A stretch of 64,000 nt of DNA. Origin: Candidatus Poribacteria bacterium. Lineage in GTDB: Bacteria; Poribacteria; WGA-4E; PCPOR2b. Position numbers and translations under genes: made by a program. Below are positions 38,727-49,727 of this stretch, piece by piece. The stretch's first letter is position 1. Each line of letters begins with the position of its first letter. The stretch lies in the NCBI GenBank assembly GCA_965208675.1, contig OZ242351.1, positions 288,001-352,000 of the forward strand, read 5' to 3'. Below the pieces are notes generated by a model, which saw nothing but the letters and a program-made list of their open reading frames with translations, ran no database searches and was not told where the DNA came from.

Positions 38727-39695
38727 CTATGCCGACAGGATGCAATCGAAATAGTGTTCTATGAATCCCTCCGCGTTCACGCCTACACAGACGCGGGCGT
38801 TCGTTTTCAGAGGACGCCGTCCAGGACGCAAATCGGCAATCGTCATTCCCTGCGTCAAATGTCCCAATGTTTCCACTTGCACGAAGGCATCAGTTGTATC
38901 AAAAAGGTCCGGCCGGGTTATTAGACCAATAGGAAGTGCATCGTGAATGTAGATACCGTCAAATCCCTCGCGTTGATGATGATACGCCATACTCACACGC
39001 GTAGCGTCCCGAAGAAACTTTGCCAGCCTATCACTCCGTACACCGCACTCGGCATTGAGGCGTTCGCTCTTAAGCATGACCCGGTGGGTCACATCCAGTG
39101 GCACTAGTGTAATAGGAACTCCAAAATCAAGTACCCGTTGAGCAGCGTGAGGATCGACGAAAATATTAAATTCAGCCGTTGTCGTGACGTTCCCGTAAGT
39201 CTCGAAGGCCCCTCCCATCAACACAATCTCTTTGATATTCCGCATGTGTTTAGGATTCTTGTCCATCGCTTTGGCAATATTTGTGAGAGGCCCAAGGGCA
39301 ACTAACACAAGTTCATAGGGGTGTTGGCAGGCGAGATCAATTATCAAATCGACCGCCGAGGCTGTTGACAATCGCAGTTCAGGATCTGGATAGCAACGCG
39401 AGCCATCTGGTCCATTGAGTTTCGTCACATCACCTAAGCCGTCAGATCCGTGTACGTGCGCCGCCGTCTCGAGCGGTTTGACCAGCGGTTGCGGCTCGCC
39501 TTGCGCAATGATTGGATATTCACCCAAATCCATTGTATTTAAGGTCAGCATCACATTGCGCGTACAAAAATCTACGTAAACGTTGCCGCTGACCGTCGTG
39601 ATTGCTTCAACCTTCATCTCCGGTGTTTTTAGTGCTAATATAATTGCTAAGGAATCGTCCACGCCGGTGTCAGTGTCTAATAGAATGCGTTGCAT
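38727..39695 (-). CDS. Inosine/uridine-preferring nucleoside hydrolase
   Basis: DTDTGVDD; HGSDGLG; GPLTNIA; AEFNIFVDP; HD. Confidence 0.92.
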   Translation of the reverse strand: MQRILLDTDTGVDDSLAIILALKTPEMKVEAITTVSGNVYVDFCTRNVMLTLNTMDLGEYPIIAQGEPQPLVKPLETAAHVHGSDGLGDVTKLNGPDGSRCYPDPELRLSTASAVDLIIDLACQHPYELVLVALGPLTNIAKAMDKNPKHMRNIKEIVLMGGAFETYGNVTTTAEFNIFVDPHAAQRVLDFGVPITLVPLDVTHRVMLKSERLNAECGVRSDRLAKFLRDATRVSMAYHHQREGFDGIYIHDALPIGLITRPDLFDTTDAFVQVETLGHLTQGMTIADLRPGRRPLKTNARVCVGVNAEGFIEHYFDCILSA

Positions 39696-39768
39696 TGATG
39701 TCGTTCCCTGCTAAGGGCAAGCCATACATCAGACGGTTGCAAACTCGCCCCAAACCTTTTAAGCGGTT

Positions 39769-41511
39769 TTATTCGGTCGTCAACAGTCCTAGTCCTTCCT
39801 GAATTACGAGAATCTGATTAGGAACGATGTTACGAATAGTGTCAACAACACCGCTTGGCCACCGCACTTCGACGAGGTCAATCTTTTTTCTTTCACCCAG
39901 CCCAAAGTGCAGGCGGAGATCGTTCTGGGAGAGATAGCCCGAACCGCTCCTCACCTCGTCAATCTGCGTTAAGCCCAATGCGCTTATCTTTACCTTTGCT
40001 CCGATGCCCGCCCGATTGCTCTTGGTGCCGATGGTTTTAATCGTAACCCAATTGCACCGGTTCCCCCCATCGTTTCGGATAAGGTCGGGCGAATCGCTTG
40101 CGTTGCTAATCAACAGGTCCAGGTCACCGTCATTATCGTAATCACCAGTTGCAAGCCCGCGGCTTACCTTGAGCAATCCCAGCGCACTCTGCGATTCGGT
40201 CATACCGTCGACAAACACGCCCTTTCCGCTATTTATCAGTAGCTGATTGAGCTGTGCATAGGTGGTTGTATTATCGTATTTCTCGACTTCATCCTGCAAA
40301 TGCCCGTTTGCGATGAAGAGATCTTTGTCGCCATCGTTATCCACGTCAAAGAAATCCACGCCCCAACCTACGTAAGGGAGGCTATACCCCATGCCCGCGA
40401 TGAACGAAACATCGTTGAAGAAACCGTCGCCATCGTTACAATAAACCGCGTTCGGTTGTTCTTGGTAGTTTAGCGCGACGAGATCGAGAAGTTCATCGTT
40501 GTCGCAATCCCCAAAATCCACCCCCATAGTTCCCTGAACATTGCCGTTCTCATCTGCCTCCACCCCGGCCATCCAGCCGACGCTTTCAAAAGTGCCGTCT
40601 CCCGCATTGCGGTAGAGCAAGTTTTCGCCCGCATCAACGCCGACGTAGCAATCGACAAATCCGTCGTCGTCATAATCACCGAAAACAACCGCCATGCTCC
40701 GGCTCTCGGCGTTGTATACCCCAGCTTCCCGCGTAACATCAGTAAAGGTACCATCGCCATTATTACGATACAGGATGTCCGGTAATCCGGGAAAACTCTC
40801 GGGAGGGCAATACGTCGCTACTCCGATTTGAGTGCAGGATTTGTGTGCTTCCAAGCGAAAGTTGATGTAGTTGGTCACGTACAAATCTAAAAAACCGTCG
40901 TTATCGTAATCTGCAAACGCGCAGCCGAGGCTCCAGCGAACGTCTCCGACCCCGGAACGTTGTGTTACATCTGTGAAGCGTCCATCACCGTTATTGCGAT
41001 AGAGTACATTTTCGCCAAAATTCGTCACATACAAATCCAAATTGCCGTCGTTATCATAATCGCCGACTGCACATCCGCTGCCGTAACCGGTGTCTCCAAC
41101 GCCGGCAGATTCGGTTACATCGGTAAACGTGCTGTCTCCATTGCTGCGGTAAAGTTTGTTGGTCGGTGGAGTCTTTGAAGTGAAACCGGGAAGGTCTGCT
41201 CCGTTGACGAAGTAAACGTCCACGAACCCATCCCCGTCGTAGTCGAAAAATGCAACCCCTGATCCGACCGTTTCCAAGAAATACCGTCTACCCCCTCTAC
41301 CGTCAACATGCTGAAAGTCTATGTGTGCGCGCTCCGTAACAGCGGTGAGCATGATGTTATTCGCGCAGTTTGTCTCCGCGTTTCCGTCCGTGAAGCCCGC
41401 AAGTAGGATAAGGAATAAAACAATTTTCGCATTACGCAATATCTGATGCGCGGTACGTAAAAGGCGTGCCGTCAAATGCCCGCCTTCCGCCTTTTCTTTC
41501 ATCCCATCCAC
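39769..41511 (-). CDS. CRTAC1 family protein (FG-GAP repeats plus ASPIC/UnbV domain)
   Basis: Repeated DYDNDG.LDLYV.N; C-terminal GSGYLSQNDLRLHFGLG...VRWPSG. Confidence 0.9.
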   Translation of the reverse strand: MDGMKEKAEGGHLTARLLRTAHQILRNAKIVLFLILLAGFTDGNAETNCANNIMLTAVTERAHIDFQHVDGRGGRRYFLETVGSGVAFFDYDGDGFVDVYFVNGADLPGFTSKTPPTNKLYRSNGDSTFTDVTESAGVGDTGYGSGCAVGDYDNDGNLDLYVTNFGENVLYRNNGDGRFTDVTQRSGVGDVRWSLGCAFADYDNDGFLDLYVTNYINFRLEAHKSCTQIGVATYCPPESFPGLPDILYRNNGDGTFTDVTREAGVYNAESRSMAVVFGDYDDDGFVDCYVGVDAGENLLYRNAGDGTFESVGWMAGVEADENGNVQGTMGVDFGDCDNDELLDLVALNYQEQPNAVYCNDGDGFFNDVSFIAGMGYSLPYVGWGVDFFDVDNDGDKDLFIANGHLQDEVEKYDNTTTYAQLNQLLINSGKGVFVDGMTESQSALGLLKVSRGLATGDYDNDGDLDLLISNASDSPDLIRNDGGNRCNWVTIKTIGTKSNRAGIGAKVKISALGLTQIDEVRSGSGYLSQNDLRLHFGLGERKKIDLVEVRWPSGVVDTIRNIVPNQILVIQEGLGLLTTE

Positions 41512-43112
41512 TATTTCTGCGCCGCCTCGTTCGTTTGACTGTTTAATTGGCGGTCAATCCGCGCGAGATGGTCTAAAATCTGTTGATTGGTCGAATCCAA
41601 ATCTATAGCTCGCCGAAGTGTTGACTCTGCCTCCGCGTAGTCGCCCATTACGTAGTAAATTGATGCCAATGCGTCTAGATTATCGGCAGTCGGCTCGGAT
41701 TCAACAACTTTTCGGGTAAGGTCTCGGGCAATCACTAAATGTCCAGCCGATTTTTTCGATTGGCCGTCTGCGCGATAGAGTAACCCAAGCATCAAATGTC
41801 CTTTGATGTATTTGGCGTCAACGCCAACGGCCGTTTCGTAAACTGAAATCGCCCTCGGCTTCTGTTTATTTTGGATATAAACCGTCGCGATTCCGTCATA
41901 TGCTTCCAAAAGGCTTGGATCTTTCCGTAGCGCTATTTTATACTGATCGAATGCTTTTTCCGGGTGGTTATTATCAAGGTAAACACGCGCCAACTCCATG
42001 TATCCGCGTGGGTCGTTGGGGGCTTCTTGGGTTTTTCTTTCCGCAGCATCAATCGCCTCCCCCAGCTGCCGAAGTTTTCGCGCTATCTCCCGTTCCTTCT
42101 TCGCCTCCTCATGTCTCCCAAGCCGCATATAGCAACGGGAAAGATTGTGGTGAAGCCGAAGGTTGTCCCCGCTTTCCGGCAATAATTGTTCGTACTCGTT
42201 GGTAGCTTCCTTGAATTGTCCCTGCTGTTGATATGTGAATCCAAGTTCCATGCGGGCAAAACTGTTATCCGGGGCAATTCGCAATGCTCGCTGAAAATCT
42301 TCCATCGCTTCCGTAAACATCCCCTGTTTCGAATAAACTACGCCGCGGTTACAGTGCACTTCAGACAGGTTCGGCTGTAGAACCAGCGCGCGGTTATAGG
42401 CTTCCAGCGCGGATGAAAACTCCACCTGCATCACATAGATATTTCCCAACCCAAAATGCGCTTCGTATAGACTCGGATCTAACGCAAGCGCCGATTGGTA
42501 ATGTCGGATTGCTTCCGATTCACGGCGCTGTGTCGTAAGGGCATCTGCTAATTTCGCGTGCAGCCAACCTAATTTCGGGTCAATTTCAATCGCCATTTCA
42601 TAGTGGGCGATGGCTTCTTGGTGTTCTCGTTGCTCAGAGAGGAGATGTCCGATTCCTACGTGAGCCTTCAGTATTCTATCATTGAGCGTAAGCGCCTTTC
42701 GAAAGGCATTGAACGCCTGTTCTGGATGTCCGGTTTGCCAATAAACGTAACCGATGCCGCCGTACGCTTCGGCGAACGCTGGGTCTTGGTGGATGACCTT
42801 CTGGTATTCAGTCAACGCCGCATCATATTTTCCCTGATCGGCGAGCAACTCCGCATGTTGGAAATAACGCTGTGTAGCTTCCGTGGGTTGTGCGTAGATA
42901 CGCAAACACGGTAAAGCGACGATGAGGATGGAAAGTAAGCCGCAGAATATGGGCCGTGCTTTGTGGTATGGTTCCAGTTGCTTGAGTCTAGAAATATTCG
43001 TCCAAAAATTGTCGCAGACCACAAATGAGACGAAACATACTCGAAAAAAAACAATGGCTTGGTAGGTAAAACCCGAAACACTATGTGTCACAGTTCGCCA
43101 GTCCAATCGCAC
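41511..43112 (-). CDS. Tetratricopeptide repeat protein
   Basis: About ten TPR repeats (e.g. AEAYGGIGYVY, EAHFGLGNIY); start uncertain. Confidence 0.88.
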   Translation of the reverse strand: MRLDWRTVTHSVSGFTYQAIVFFRVCFVSFVVCDNFWTNISRLKQLEPYHKARPIFCGLLSILIVALPCLRIYAQPTEATQRYFQHAELLADQGKYDAALTEYQKVIHQDPAFAEAYGGIGYVYWQTGHPEQAFNAFRKALTLNDRILKAHVGIGHLLSEQREHQEAIAHYEMAIEIDPKLGWLHAKLADALTTQRRESEAIRHYQSALALDPSLYEAHFGLGNIYVMQVEFSSALEAYNRALVLQPNLSEVHCNRGVVYSKQGMFTEAMEDFQRALRIAPDNSFARMELGFTYQQQGQFKEATNEYEQLLPESGDNLRLHHNLSRCYMRLGRHEEAKKEREIARKLRQLGEAIDAAERKTQEAPNDPRGYMELARVYLDNNHPEKAFDQYKIALRKDPSLLEAYDGIATVYIQNKQKPRAISVYETAVGVDAKYIKGHLMLGLLYRADGQSKKSAGHLVIARDLTRKVVESEPTADNLDALASIYYVMGDYAEAESTLRRAIDLDSTNQQILDHLARIDRQLNSQTNEAAQK

Positions 43113-43154
43113 ATCTGAACAAATGCGCTCATTTGAAAGGATTAGTTGGCTTCG

Positions 43155-43895
43155 TTATACCGCCGGCTTCACAATCCGAAAACCAACATTGTGCACCGAT
43201 TGTATGGGTTCGTAAGCGGCGCGGTTGGCGCACCGTGCTGCGAATTCACCTCGTGCGACCCACGAACCGCCCCGAATTACTTTCCGTCTGCCGCGTGCCG
43301 GTCCCCGGGGATTCTCCGCCGGGGAATTTTTGTAAGTTTCCGGGTGAAACCAATCGCTGCACCACTCGTAAGCATTTCCCGCCGCATCATAGCAGCCATA
43401 AACACTGGCGCCGTCGGGGTAACTCCCAACAGGTGTGAGCCGCTTGATACGGCTTTCCGATGTGTTCGCTTTGGAAGAGTCCCACTCATCTCCCCAGGGA
43501 TATTCGCGACCACCTGTGCCTCTGGCAACTTTCTCCCATTCCGCTTCGGTCGGGAGGCGATACGATTCGTCTGTGCATTCCTCAATCCACACCAAAAATG
43601 CCTGTGTGTCGTACCAGGTCACCCCAACGACGGGACAGTCGGGAGCGTTGAAACGCGGGTTGGCGTGAAACTGTGGAAGTTGATGCCGCGTGGTGTCGAC
43701 GAATTGTAAGTATTGGGCATTTGTAACATGGTATTTTCCAATATAGTACTCGTCAAGAGTTACCTTTCGCTGCGGTTCTTCGTGATCGGTTTTTCTGATT
43801 CCCGTGGGATTCGTCCCCATTAGGAATTGACCTTCAGGCACCCTTGCAAGCGGATAGTTAATCTGTTCAATGATTAAATCCTGATTCCCTGACAT
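43155..43895 (-). CDS. FGE-sulfatase (SUMF1) domain protein
   Basis: PVVGVTWYD; RLPTEAEWE; YPWG; RGGSW; GFR. Lacks the catalytic Cys pair of true formylglycine-generating enzymes. Confidence 0.88.
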   Translation of the reverse strand: MSGNQDLIIEQINYPLARVPEGQFLMGTNPTGIRKTDHEEPQRKVTLDEYYIGKYHVTNAQYLQFVDTTRHQLPQFHANPRFNAPDCPVVGVTWYDTQAFLVWIEECTDESYRLPTEAEWEKVARGTGGREYPWGDEWDSSKANTSESRIKRLTPVGSYPDGASVYGCYDAAGNAYEWCSDWFHPETYKNSPAENPRGPARGRRKVIRGGSWVARGEFAARCANRAAYEPIQSVHNVGFRIVKPAV

Positions 43896-43981
43896 TCCTT
43901 TATCTCAGTAAACAACCCATGCAGCGAGCATTTCAGCGCGCGGCGTTTTCCTAAAATTGAAGGTTGCCTGTACCTTGTGGT

Positions 43982-44698
43982 TCATGCCCTTCCATAAACT
44001 GGAATCGCCGCGCCGTTGATGATGGCGGCATCATTAGAGGTGAGGAACAAAATTACTTTGGCAATATCGCTCGGTGATACCCAGCGAGAGTGGTCTTCAT
44101 CCGGCATTCCCTTGCGATTCGCGGGCGTATCGATGATACTGGGCAGGATTGAATTGACATTGATACCCGAATCTTTTACCTCTTCTGCAATTGACTCTGT
44201 GAGTACGCGGAGACCGCTTTTCGATGCGCAATATGCTCCTAATCCGGCGATGCCACTCAAGCCGGCGCGCGCTGAGACGTTCACGATTTTGCCATACCTG
44301 CGTTCTAACATCTGCGGAATGACGGCTTTGCAGCATAAGAAGGTCGCTTTCAGGTTCAAATCCATCATGAAATCCCATTTCTCCAAATCTGTCTCCGCAA
44401 CCGGAACTCCGCCAAAAAAACCTCCCGCGATATTCGCCAATATGTCAACGTGCCCTAGTTCATCGTAAACTGTGCGGAAAAATTTCTTCACCTCGGATTC
44501 AACCGTCAGGTCTGCACTGACGGTCATCACTTGCGATTTCAGTCTTCCTATCGTTTGCTCAAAATCGGCAATGTGACGGTCGGACGTGCATGGTATAGCG
44601 ACTTTGCAGCCTTCCATAAGCAATGCTTGCGTAACAGCCACGCCAAGTCCGCCCGTCCCGCCGGTGACAACAGCAGAACGGCTTGGATTTTCCATTAT
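43982..44698 (-). CDS. Short-chain dehydrogenase/reductase
   Basis: TGGTGGLG; YCASK; LPSIIDTPANR. Confidence 0.9.
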   Translation of the reverse strand: MMENPSRSAVVTGGTGGLGVAVTQALLMEGCKVAIPCTSDRHIADFEQTIGRLKSQVMTVSADLTVESEVKKFFRTVYDELGHVDILANIAGGFFGGVPVAETDLEKWDFMMDLNLKATFLCCKAVIPQMLERRYGKIVNVSARAGLSGIAGLGAYCASKSGLRVLTESIAEEVKDSGINVNSILPSIIDTPANRKGMPDEDHSRWVSPSDIAKVILFLTSNDAAIINGAAIPVYGRA

Positions 44699-44780
44699 GG
44701 ATCCTTTCTTGAGAGATGCCAAATATCATGCGAGAAACCTAGTAATTTGAACGGTTTAAATCAAACCTGTCCCACTCATA

Positions 44781-46571
44781 CTATTCATTCCGCAGGCGTT
44801 CTTCCAAAGATTCTAGCTCCTGAAGTAACGCTGCTGGAAGTCTGTCCCCGAAACGGCGATAGTGTTCCCGGATGCTCTCAACCTCCTGCCGCCACTCTTG
44901 AACATCAACCGACAAGAGAAGTTCCATATTTTTCGGCGGGATTTCTGATCCACTGATATCAATCGCATCAGGTGTTGGCAAGTAACCAATCGGGGTTTGT
45001 ATTGCCTTTCCGTCACCAGAAACACGTTCGTAGATCCATTTGAGTACGCGGCCATTTTCACCGTAACCAGGCCAGAGCCATGAACCGTCGGCTGATTTTC
45101 TGAACCAATTGACGTAGAATATTCGTGGCAACTTGTCCGGCTCCGTCTGACTGCCAATGGTAAGCCAATGCTGAAAGTAATCCCCCATATTGTAACCGCA
45201 GAAGGGCAGCATCGCCATCGGATCTCGCCTCAATTCGCCCACTTTTCCGGCTGCGGCAGCCGTTTTTTCCGACGATGCGATTGATCCGATGAACGTTCCG
45301 TGCTGCCAATTAAACGCTTCATGAACGAGCGGTACCACAGCCGCTCGCCGCCCGCCGAAAAGGATTGCTGAAATAGGTACTCCTTTTGGGTTTTCCCAAT
45401 CTGGATCAATCGTCGGGCATTGCGCAGCTGGTGTAGTGTAACGGGCATTCGGGTGTGCTGCCGTCTTTGGACTCGCCGGCGTCCACGCCTCGCCGAGCCA
45501 GCTCGTAAGTTCTTCAGGTGGTTCCTCCGACATTTCTTCCCACCACACATCGCCGTCTGGTGTCAAGGCAACATTCGTGAAGATCGAATTTGACTCTAGC
45601 GTAAACATAGCGTTAGGATTCGATTCCATTGAGGTACCGGGCGCCACTCCAAAAAAGCCGGATTCCGGGTTAATCGCATAAAGCCGGCCGTCTGCACCGA
45701 ACTTCATCCAGGCAATGTCATCACCGACTGTCTCAACTTTCCATCCTGGGATTGTCGGCGTCATCATCGCTAGGTTAGTTTTGCCGCAAGCGCTCGGGAA
45801 AGCGGCAGCAACGTAAATTTTTTCCCCATTGGGAGGAGTGATGCCTAGGATGAGCATATGTTCAGCCAGCCAGCCTTGCTGACGCGCCATGAAAGAAGCG
45901 ATTCGCAACGAAAAACACTTCTTGCCCAACAACGCGTTCCCGCCGTAGCCGCTTCCATAAGACCAGATCGACGGTTCATCAGGAAAATGTACAATATATT
46001 TGTTGTCGGGATCGCATGGCCAAGCCGCGTCCTTTTGACCTTTTTCAAGCGGCGCACCGATGGAATGAAGGCACGGAACGAAATCGCCGTCTTTACCCAA
46101 GACCGCCAGCGCAGCAGTTCCAATTCGAGTCATAATGCGCATATTGACCACTACGTACGGAGAGTCGCTAATCTGAACGCCAATGCGCGAAATCTCGGAT
46201 CCCAGAGGACCCATACTGTACGGTATTACGTACATCGTGCGTCCCTTCATGGAACCGTCAAAAAATTTCGTCATGACAGATTTCATTTCGTCGGCGTCTC
46301 GCCAATTGTTTGTCGGTCCCACATCATCTTCGTCTTTTGTACAGATAAAGGTTCGATCCTCGACGCGGGCTACATCGCCGGGATCGGAGTGGGCTAAGAA
46401 GCAGCCGGGACGTTTTGCCGGATTCAATCGAATAAACGTTCCCGCGTCTACCAGCACGTCGCACAAAGCGTCGTTTTCAGCTTGAGATCCATCGCACCAG
46501 TGAATATCATCCGGTTGGCAAAGCGCCGCTGTTTCATTTACCCAATTGAGTAATTTTTCATTGTTTGTCAC
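44781..46571 (-). CDS. pckG: Phosphoenolpyruvate carboxykinase (GTP)
   Basis: DVARVE; [14 protein letters not shown]; [12 protein letters not shown]; VGDDIAW; VNWFRK. Confidence 0.96.
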   Translation of the reverse strand: MTNNEKLLNWVNETAALCQPDDIHWCDGSQAENDALCDVLVDAGTFIRLNPAKRPGCFLAHSDPGDVARVEDRTFICTKDEDDVGPTNNWRDADEMKSVMTKFFDGSMKGRTMYVIPYSMGPLGSEISRIGVQISDSPYVVVNMRIMTRIGTAALAVLGKDGDFVPCLHSIGAPLEKGQKDAAWPCDPDNKYIVHFPDEPSIWSYGSGYGGNALLGKKCFSLRIASFMARQQGWLAEHMLILGITPPNGEKIYVAAAFPSACGKTNLAMMTPTIPGWKVETVGDDIAWMKFGADGRLYAINPESGFFGVAPGTSMESNPNAMFTLESNSIFTNVALTPDGDVWWEEMSEEPPEELTSWLGEAWTPASPKTAAHPNARYTTPAAQCPTIDPDWENPKGVPISAILFGGRRAAVVPLVHEAFNWQHGTFIGSIASSEKTAAAAGKVGELRRDPMAMLPFCGYNMGDYFQHWLTIGSQTEPDKLPRIFYVNWFRKSADGSWLWPGYGENGRVLKWIYERVSGDGKAIQTPIGYLPTPDAIDISGSEIPPKNMELLLSVDVQEWRQEVESIREHYRRFGDRLPAALLQELESLEERLRNE

Positions 46572-46645
46572 TGAATATATCTCCTTTTATGCGTTCTTAC
46601 ACGAATATTTGGTAGCACTCAACCACCGCGCCCTGTAGTCGGGCA

Positions 46646-46783
46646 TCAAGCGACTGAATAAGGAGCGCGATAGAGTTCTTCCTTGCCCCGCCCTATGCTG
46701 GTGTAAGGTATTTGGTAGAATCAAGCGACCGATTGGGATCAACTGAGCGAATAGCGAAAACCATAGTAAATCCCGCGCGATAG
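46646..46783. repeat. Copies of a TCAAGCGAC..GAATA...GCGCGATAG motif also found in the REPIN spacers
   Basis: 46646-46673 matches 51025-51052 and 52539-52566; a split second copy starts at 46721. Confidence 0.5.
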
Positions 46784-46884
46784 AAGTTCCTCCGGTTATT
46801 ACGACTCAAACGCTCAAGATCGGGATTCCCGCCTAATTTTCAATCAGGATCTTAGCCCGGCCACGTCTATCTGCCTAATATTGA

Positions 46885-49437
46885 CTATTGTGAAATTGAC
46901 ATACAAAATTGCTTCAGCGGTCCAGTCAATCGCGTGCCGCCCGGTACAAACGCCAAGATTAACCCGTCAACGGTAGCATCTCTGTTAGCAACGACTCCGG
47001 TTGAACGCTCTGCGGTCACGCCTTTGGAGAGGAAAAGATGGAACGCATCTCGCTTTAACCCTTGCGTCGTATAAAAATTCCCTTGTCCTTTGGAAATGAC
47101 AACATCTGCATCTAGCAGGGCATTCAAAAATTCCGGTGTCGCCTGATACAGGTCTGTTCCAATCGTCGCCGAGCCGGAAGAGATGAACGACACATCCCCG
47201 AATTGAATCTGGTCTCGAAGGTTTTGGAAGAGAGGATGTGCAGCAATCTCCAACAAATCATCAAATGTTGCATCGTTGCCTGCCGGACACCCCTTGCCAG
47301 CTACCGTAATCTGATGACCGCATTCGGCGAGCATCCGGATGAACCATAAATCGAAAACCGCTTCGCCGTCATTGTCGGCAAGCCAAATTAACCGCTTCGG
47401 TTCGCCCAAGATTATCATCGAGTTGAACTTTTCAAAACAGTCGATTGCAAATGGTACATTCAATGCTTCTCTTAAGGCGTGGACGAAGTAATCGGGATTT
47501 TCTTCTATCTTCATGACTACCCTAGCACTGTTGTAATCAATGATGTTGGCTGCAGTAATGAGTTTCAGCCGTTCGAGCCAATTACATCCCGAAAATTCAT
47601 TGATGAGGTTTATCGCAGTCTGTCTAGCTCCGCGTTTATCTCTGCGGTAAGGATCGCGGTTTCCTGTACACATGGCGGCAATCTCAAAGATACATCCCCA
47701 AAGTTGCTCGGGAGTCAAATCGTCAATAACGTGTGCACCGTCGTCTTTCTGCATTTTCAACAAATCGTTGACGGCTTGGATTGCGGTTATACGCAACGCT
47801 GGGTCGCGCGTTGCCCGTGGAATCAATTCACGCGCCGAATGTGATTGAACATGCTTGCGGAGGTTTTCCCAGTCAGGCTTCCCGCGCTTTTCAAAAAAAG
47901 TGAACATGCCCGGTTTGTAGTCCGGCAAAGCCAGTCGGCCAATGGCGCGCAATCCCTTCTCATCCGAATTAGTTTGACTTTCCTTTTGAACCGGTTCGAA
48001 GGATGGCAACCCCAACCCGGTATCAACACGTACGCCAAAATGGACATCGTTAGCTGAGATTCCCGGTGGTATAACCGTTGCATTCGCATGTACAGATTTC
48101 AGGCTTACCGAACGGCCGATTTTCACGCGATCAAAATGGCTGTTTTCAATGTGGCTTTGGACGGCTAACCCGGCAATGGGTGCTGCGACTTCCGTCGAAA
48201 TCGAGTTTGATTCAATTACGGTGTCCCGTGCTGTCACATCCTTCAAACCGACAAGGTCCCCGACCGTTGTATTGTGCCCCAACACCACATTTTCAAGCCG
48301 GCAGTAATTTCCAATCCGCACTCCTGCGCCGAGATGAACGCGTCCCAACAGGTAACAACCGTGCCCAATCTCAATTTCTTCGCTTTCCATAAAGATCTGT
48401 GCGTGCGGATCGACACGTATGCCACGTTGCGCCAGTCGGCGGCGCGAATTCTCGAATAGGCTGTCCTCACCGGCGAGGACATTTGCCCAACGGTTCACTC
48501 CGGAAATGATTTCTTCCTCATAGATATAAGCGTTTGTCCTTAGCCCATCATCGTAGCAATGGCGAATCAAATCTATATGATGAAGTTCCAATTTACTACT
48601 GTGTGGCTGCAATCTATCCATCCGATCAATCGCAGCATCGCGGCGAATCAGCGTGATACCGGTATTCGTAATAGCCTCCCCGCGTTCGAGGCGGCGCCGC
48701 ATTTCGCGCTGTTCAGCATTAGTCATGTCGAACCACTCTTTCGTACCCATGAATTTGCCGCCGCTATCGAAAAACAAACCCCCTTTGTCGATTACAGTCT
48801 CTGGAATTTTTCCGCAAAGGGTGACATCTGCTCCGGTGATGACGTGCGAAATGAGTGTATTTAGGTACATGGCACGGTTTAAAAAGGGTTCGTCGCCAAA
48901 CCCAACTCCGATTAATTCAGCATCGGAATCGGAAATTGCGCCGAGTGCAGCGCGCAAGGCTGCTCCTGTCCCATAGAGTTGTTCGGGCTGGATGCATAGT
49001 ATTGCGTTGGGGCCAAACAGTCGATGAACTGCTTCTGGATTGAGTGCGGATACCGGAACGACTCCATTGGCAGGAATATCTGTTGTTGTCACTCGCGACG
49101 CCATTTTGGCGTTTATGACGATGATGTGTGGCCGACTGCCTGGCAGGCATCTCCGCGACAGTTGCAGGGTATTCTGTTCACCAAACCACACATCCAAGGT
49201 TTTGTTCAGGTTGCCCAACGGATCAATGCGCGAACCCGTACCCGCAGCTAATACCACCCATTGCGGATCAATCCATCGCGCGAGATTTTCCTCATACTTA
49301 CGATTGGCAACAACCTGGAGGAATTGTTCAATTCGATCTTTGCCATTCGCCGCGTCAGGGATGCCGATTGTGTTTGTGAGATTACATCGAAGAATAGTCT
49401 CAACAATTTCACGCAGGTTTTCGTGAACTATAGCCAT
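46885..49437 (-). CDS. Fusion: GlmU-like nucleotidyltransferase + left-handed beta-helix + DUF89/ARMT1-like phosphatase
   Basis: VVLAAGTGSR; GVNRW; GIRVDP; hexapeptide repeats; DPYRRDK, ANIIDY, DNDGE.VFD, NDAT, SKGQGNF. Confidence 0.78.
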   Translation of the reverse strand: MAIVHENLREIVETILRCNLTNTIGIPDAANGKDRIEQFLQVVANRKYEENLARWIDPQWVVLAAGTGSRIDPLGNLNKTLDVWFGEQNTLQLSRRCLPGSRPHIIVINAKMASRVTTTDIPANGVVPVSALNPEAVHRLFGPNAILCIQPEQLYGTGAALRAALGAISDSDAELIGVGFGDEPFLNRAMYLNTLISHVITGADVTLCGKIPETVIDKGGLFFDSGGKFMGTKEWFDMTNAEQREMRRRLERGEAITNTGITLIRRDAAIDRMDRLQPHSSKLELHHIDLIRHCYDDGLRTNAYIYEEEIISGVNRWANVLAGEDSLFENSRRRLAQRGIRVDPHAQIFMESEEIEIGHGCYLLGRVHLGAGVRIGNYCRLENVVLGHNTTVGDLVGLKDVTARDTVIESNSISTEVAAPIAGLAVQSHIENSHFDRVKIGRSVSLKSVHANATVIPPGISANDVHFGVRVDTGLGLPSFEPVQKESQTNSDEKGLRAIGRLALPDYKPGMFTFFEKRGKPDWENLRKHVQSHSARELIPRATRDPALRITAIQAVNDLLKMQKDDGAHVIDDLTPEQLWGCIFEIAAMCTGNRDPYRRDKRGARQTAINLINEFSGCNWLERLKLITAANIIDYNSARVVMKIEENPDYFVHALREALNVPFAIDCFEKFNSMIILGEPKRLIWLADNDGEAVFDLWFIRMLAECGHQITVAGKGCPAGNDATFDDLLEIAAHPLFQNLRDQIQFGDVSFISSGSATIGTDLYQATPEFLNALLDADVVISKGQGNFYTTQGLKRDAFHLFLSKGVTAERSTGVVANRDATVDGLILAFVPGGTRLTGPLKQFCMSISQ

Positions 49438-49607
49438 CTCTTAATTTGGTCAATCCCAAAATATTAGACATCTTTCCAAAATAATTCCGAAGCCCAATAC
49501 CGCTTAAGTATTGGCTGCAATCATTCTGTATGCCTAAGTCAACGTGATAGTTTATCTGATACGCGCCGCGAAGTCAAGACGAACTTATATATTGCCCGCC
49601 AAAACAC

Positions 49608-49636
49608 TTGACATCAAATTGAGCAACGGGTATGCT
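49608..49636 (+). promoter_or_regulatory. Putative sigma70 promoter
   Basis: TTGACA-N17-TATGCT. Confidence 0.55.
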
Positions 49637-49727
49637 TTCGTTAGGTTCAAACAGAACCTTTATTCTACGGCGCATACCCCCTTATCATACCTACAAATCG
49701 TCAATCTAAACTACTCGGGAGAATTAA

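Noticed and set aside
43155-43895. Active formylglycine-generating enzyme
   Set aside because: The catalytic Cys pair after RGGS is absent.
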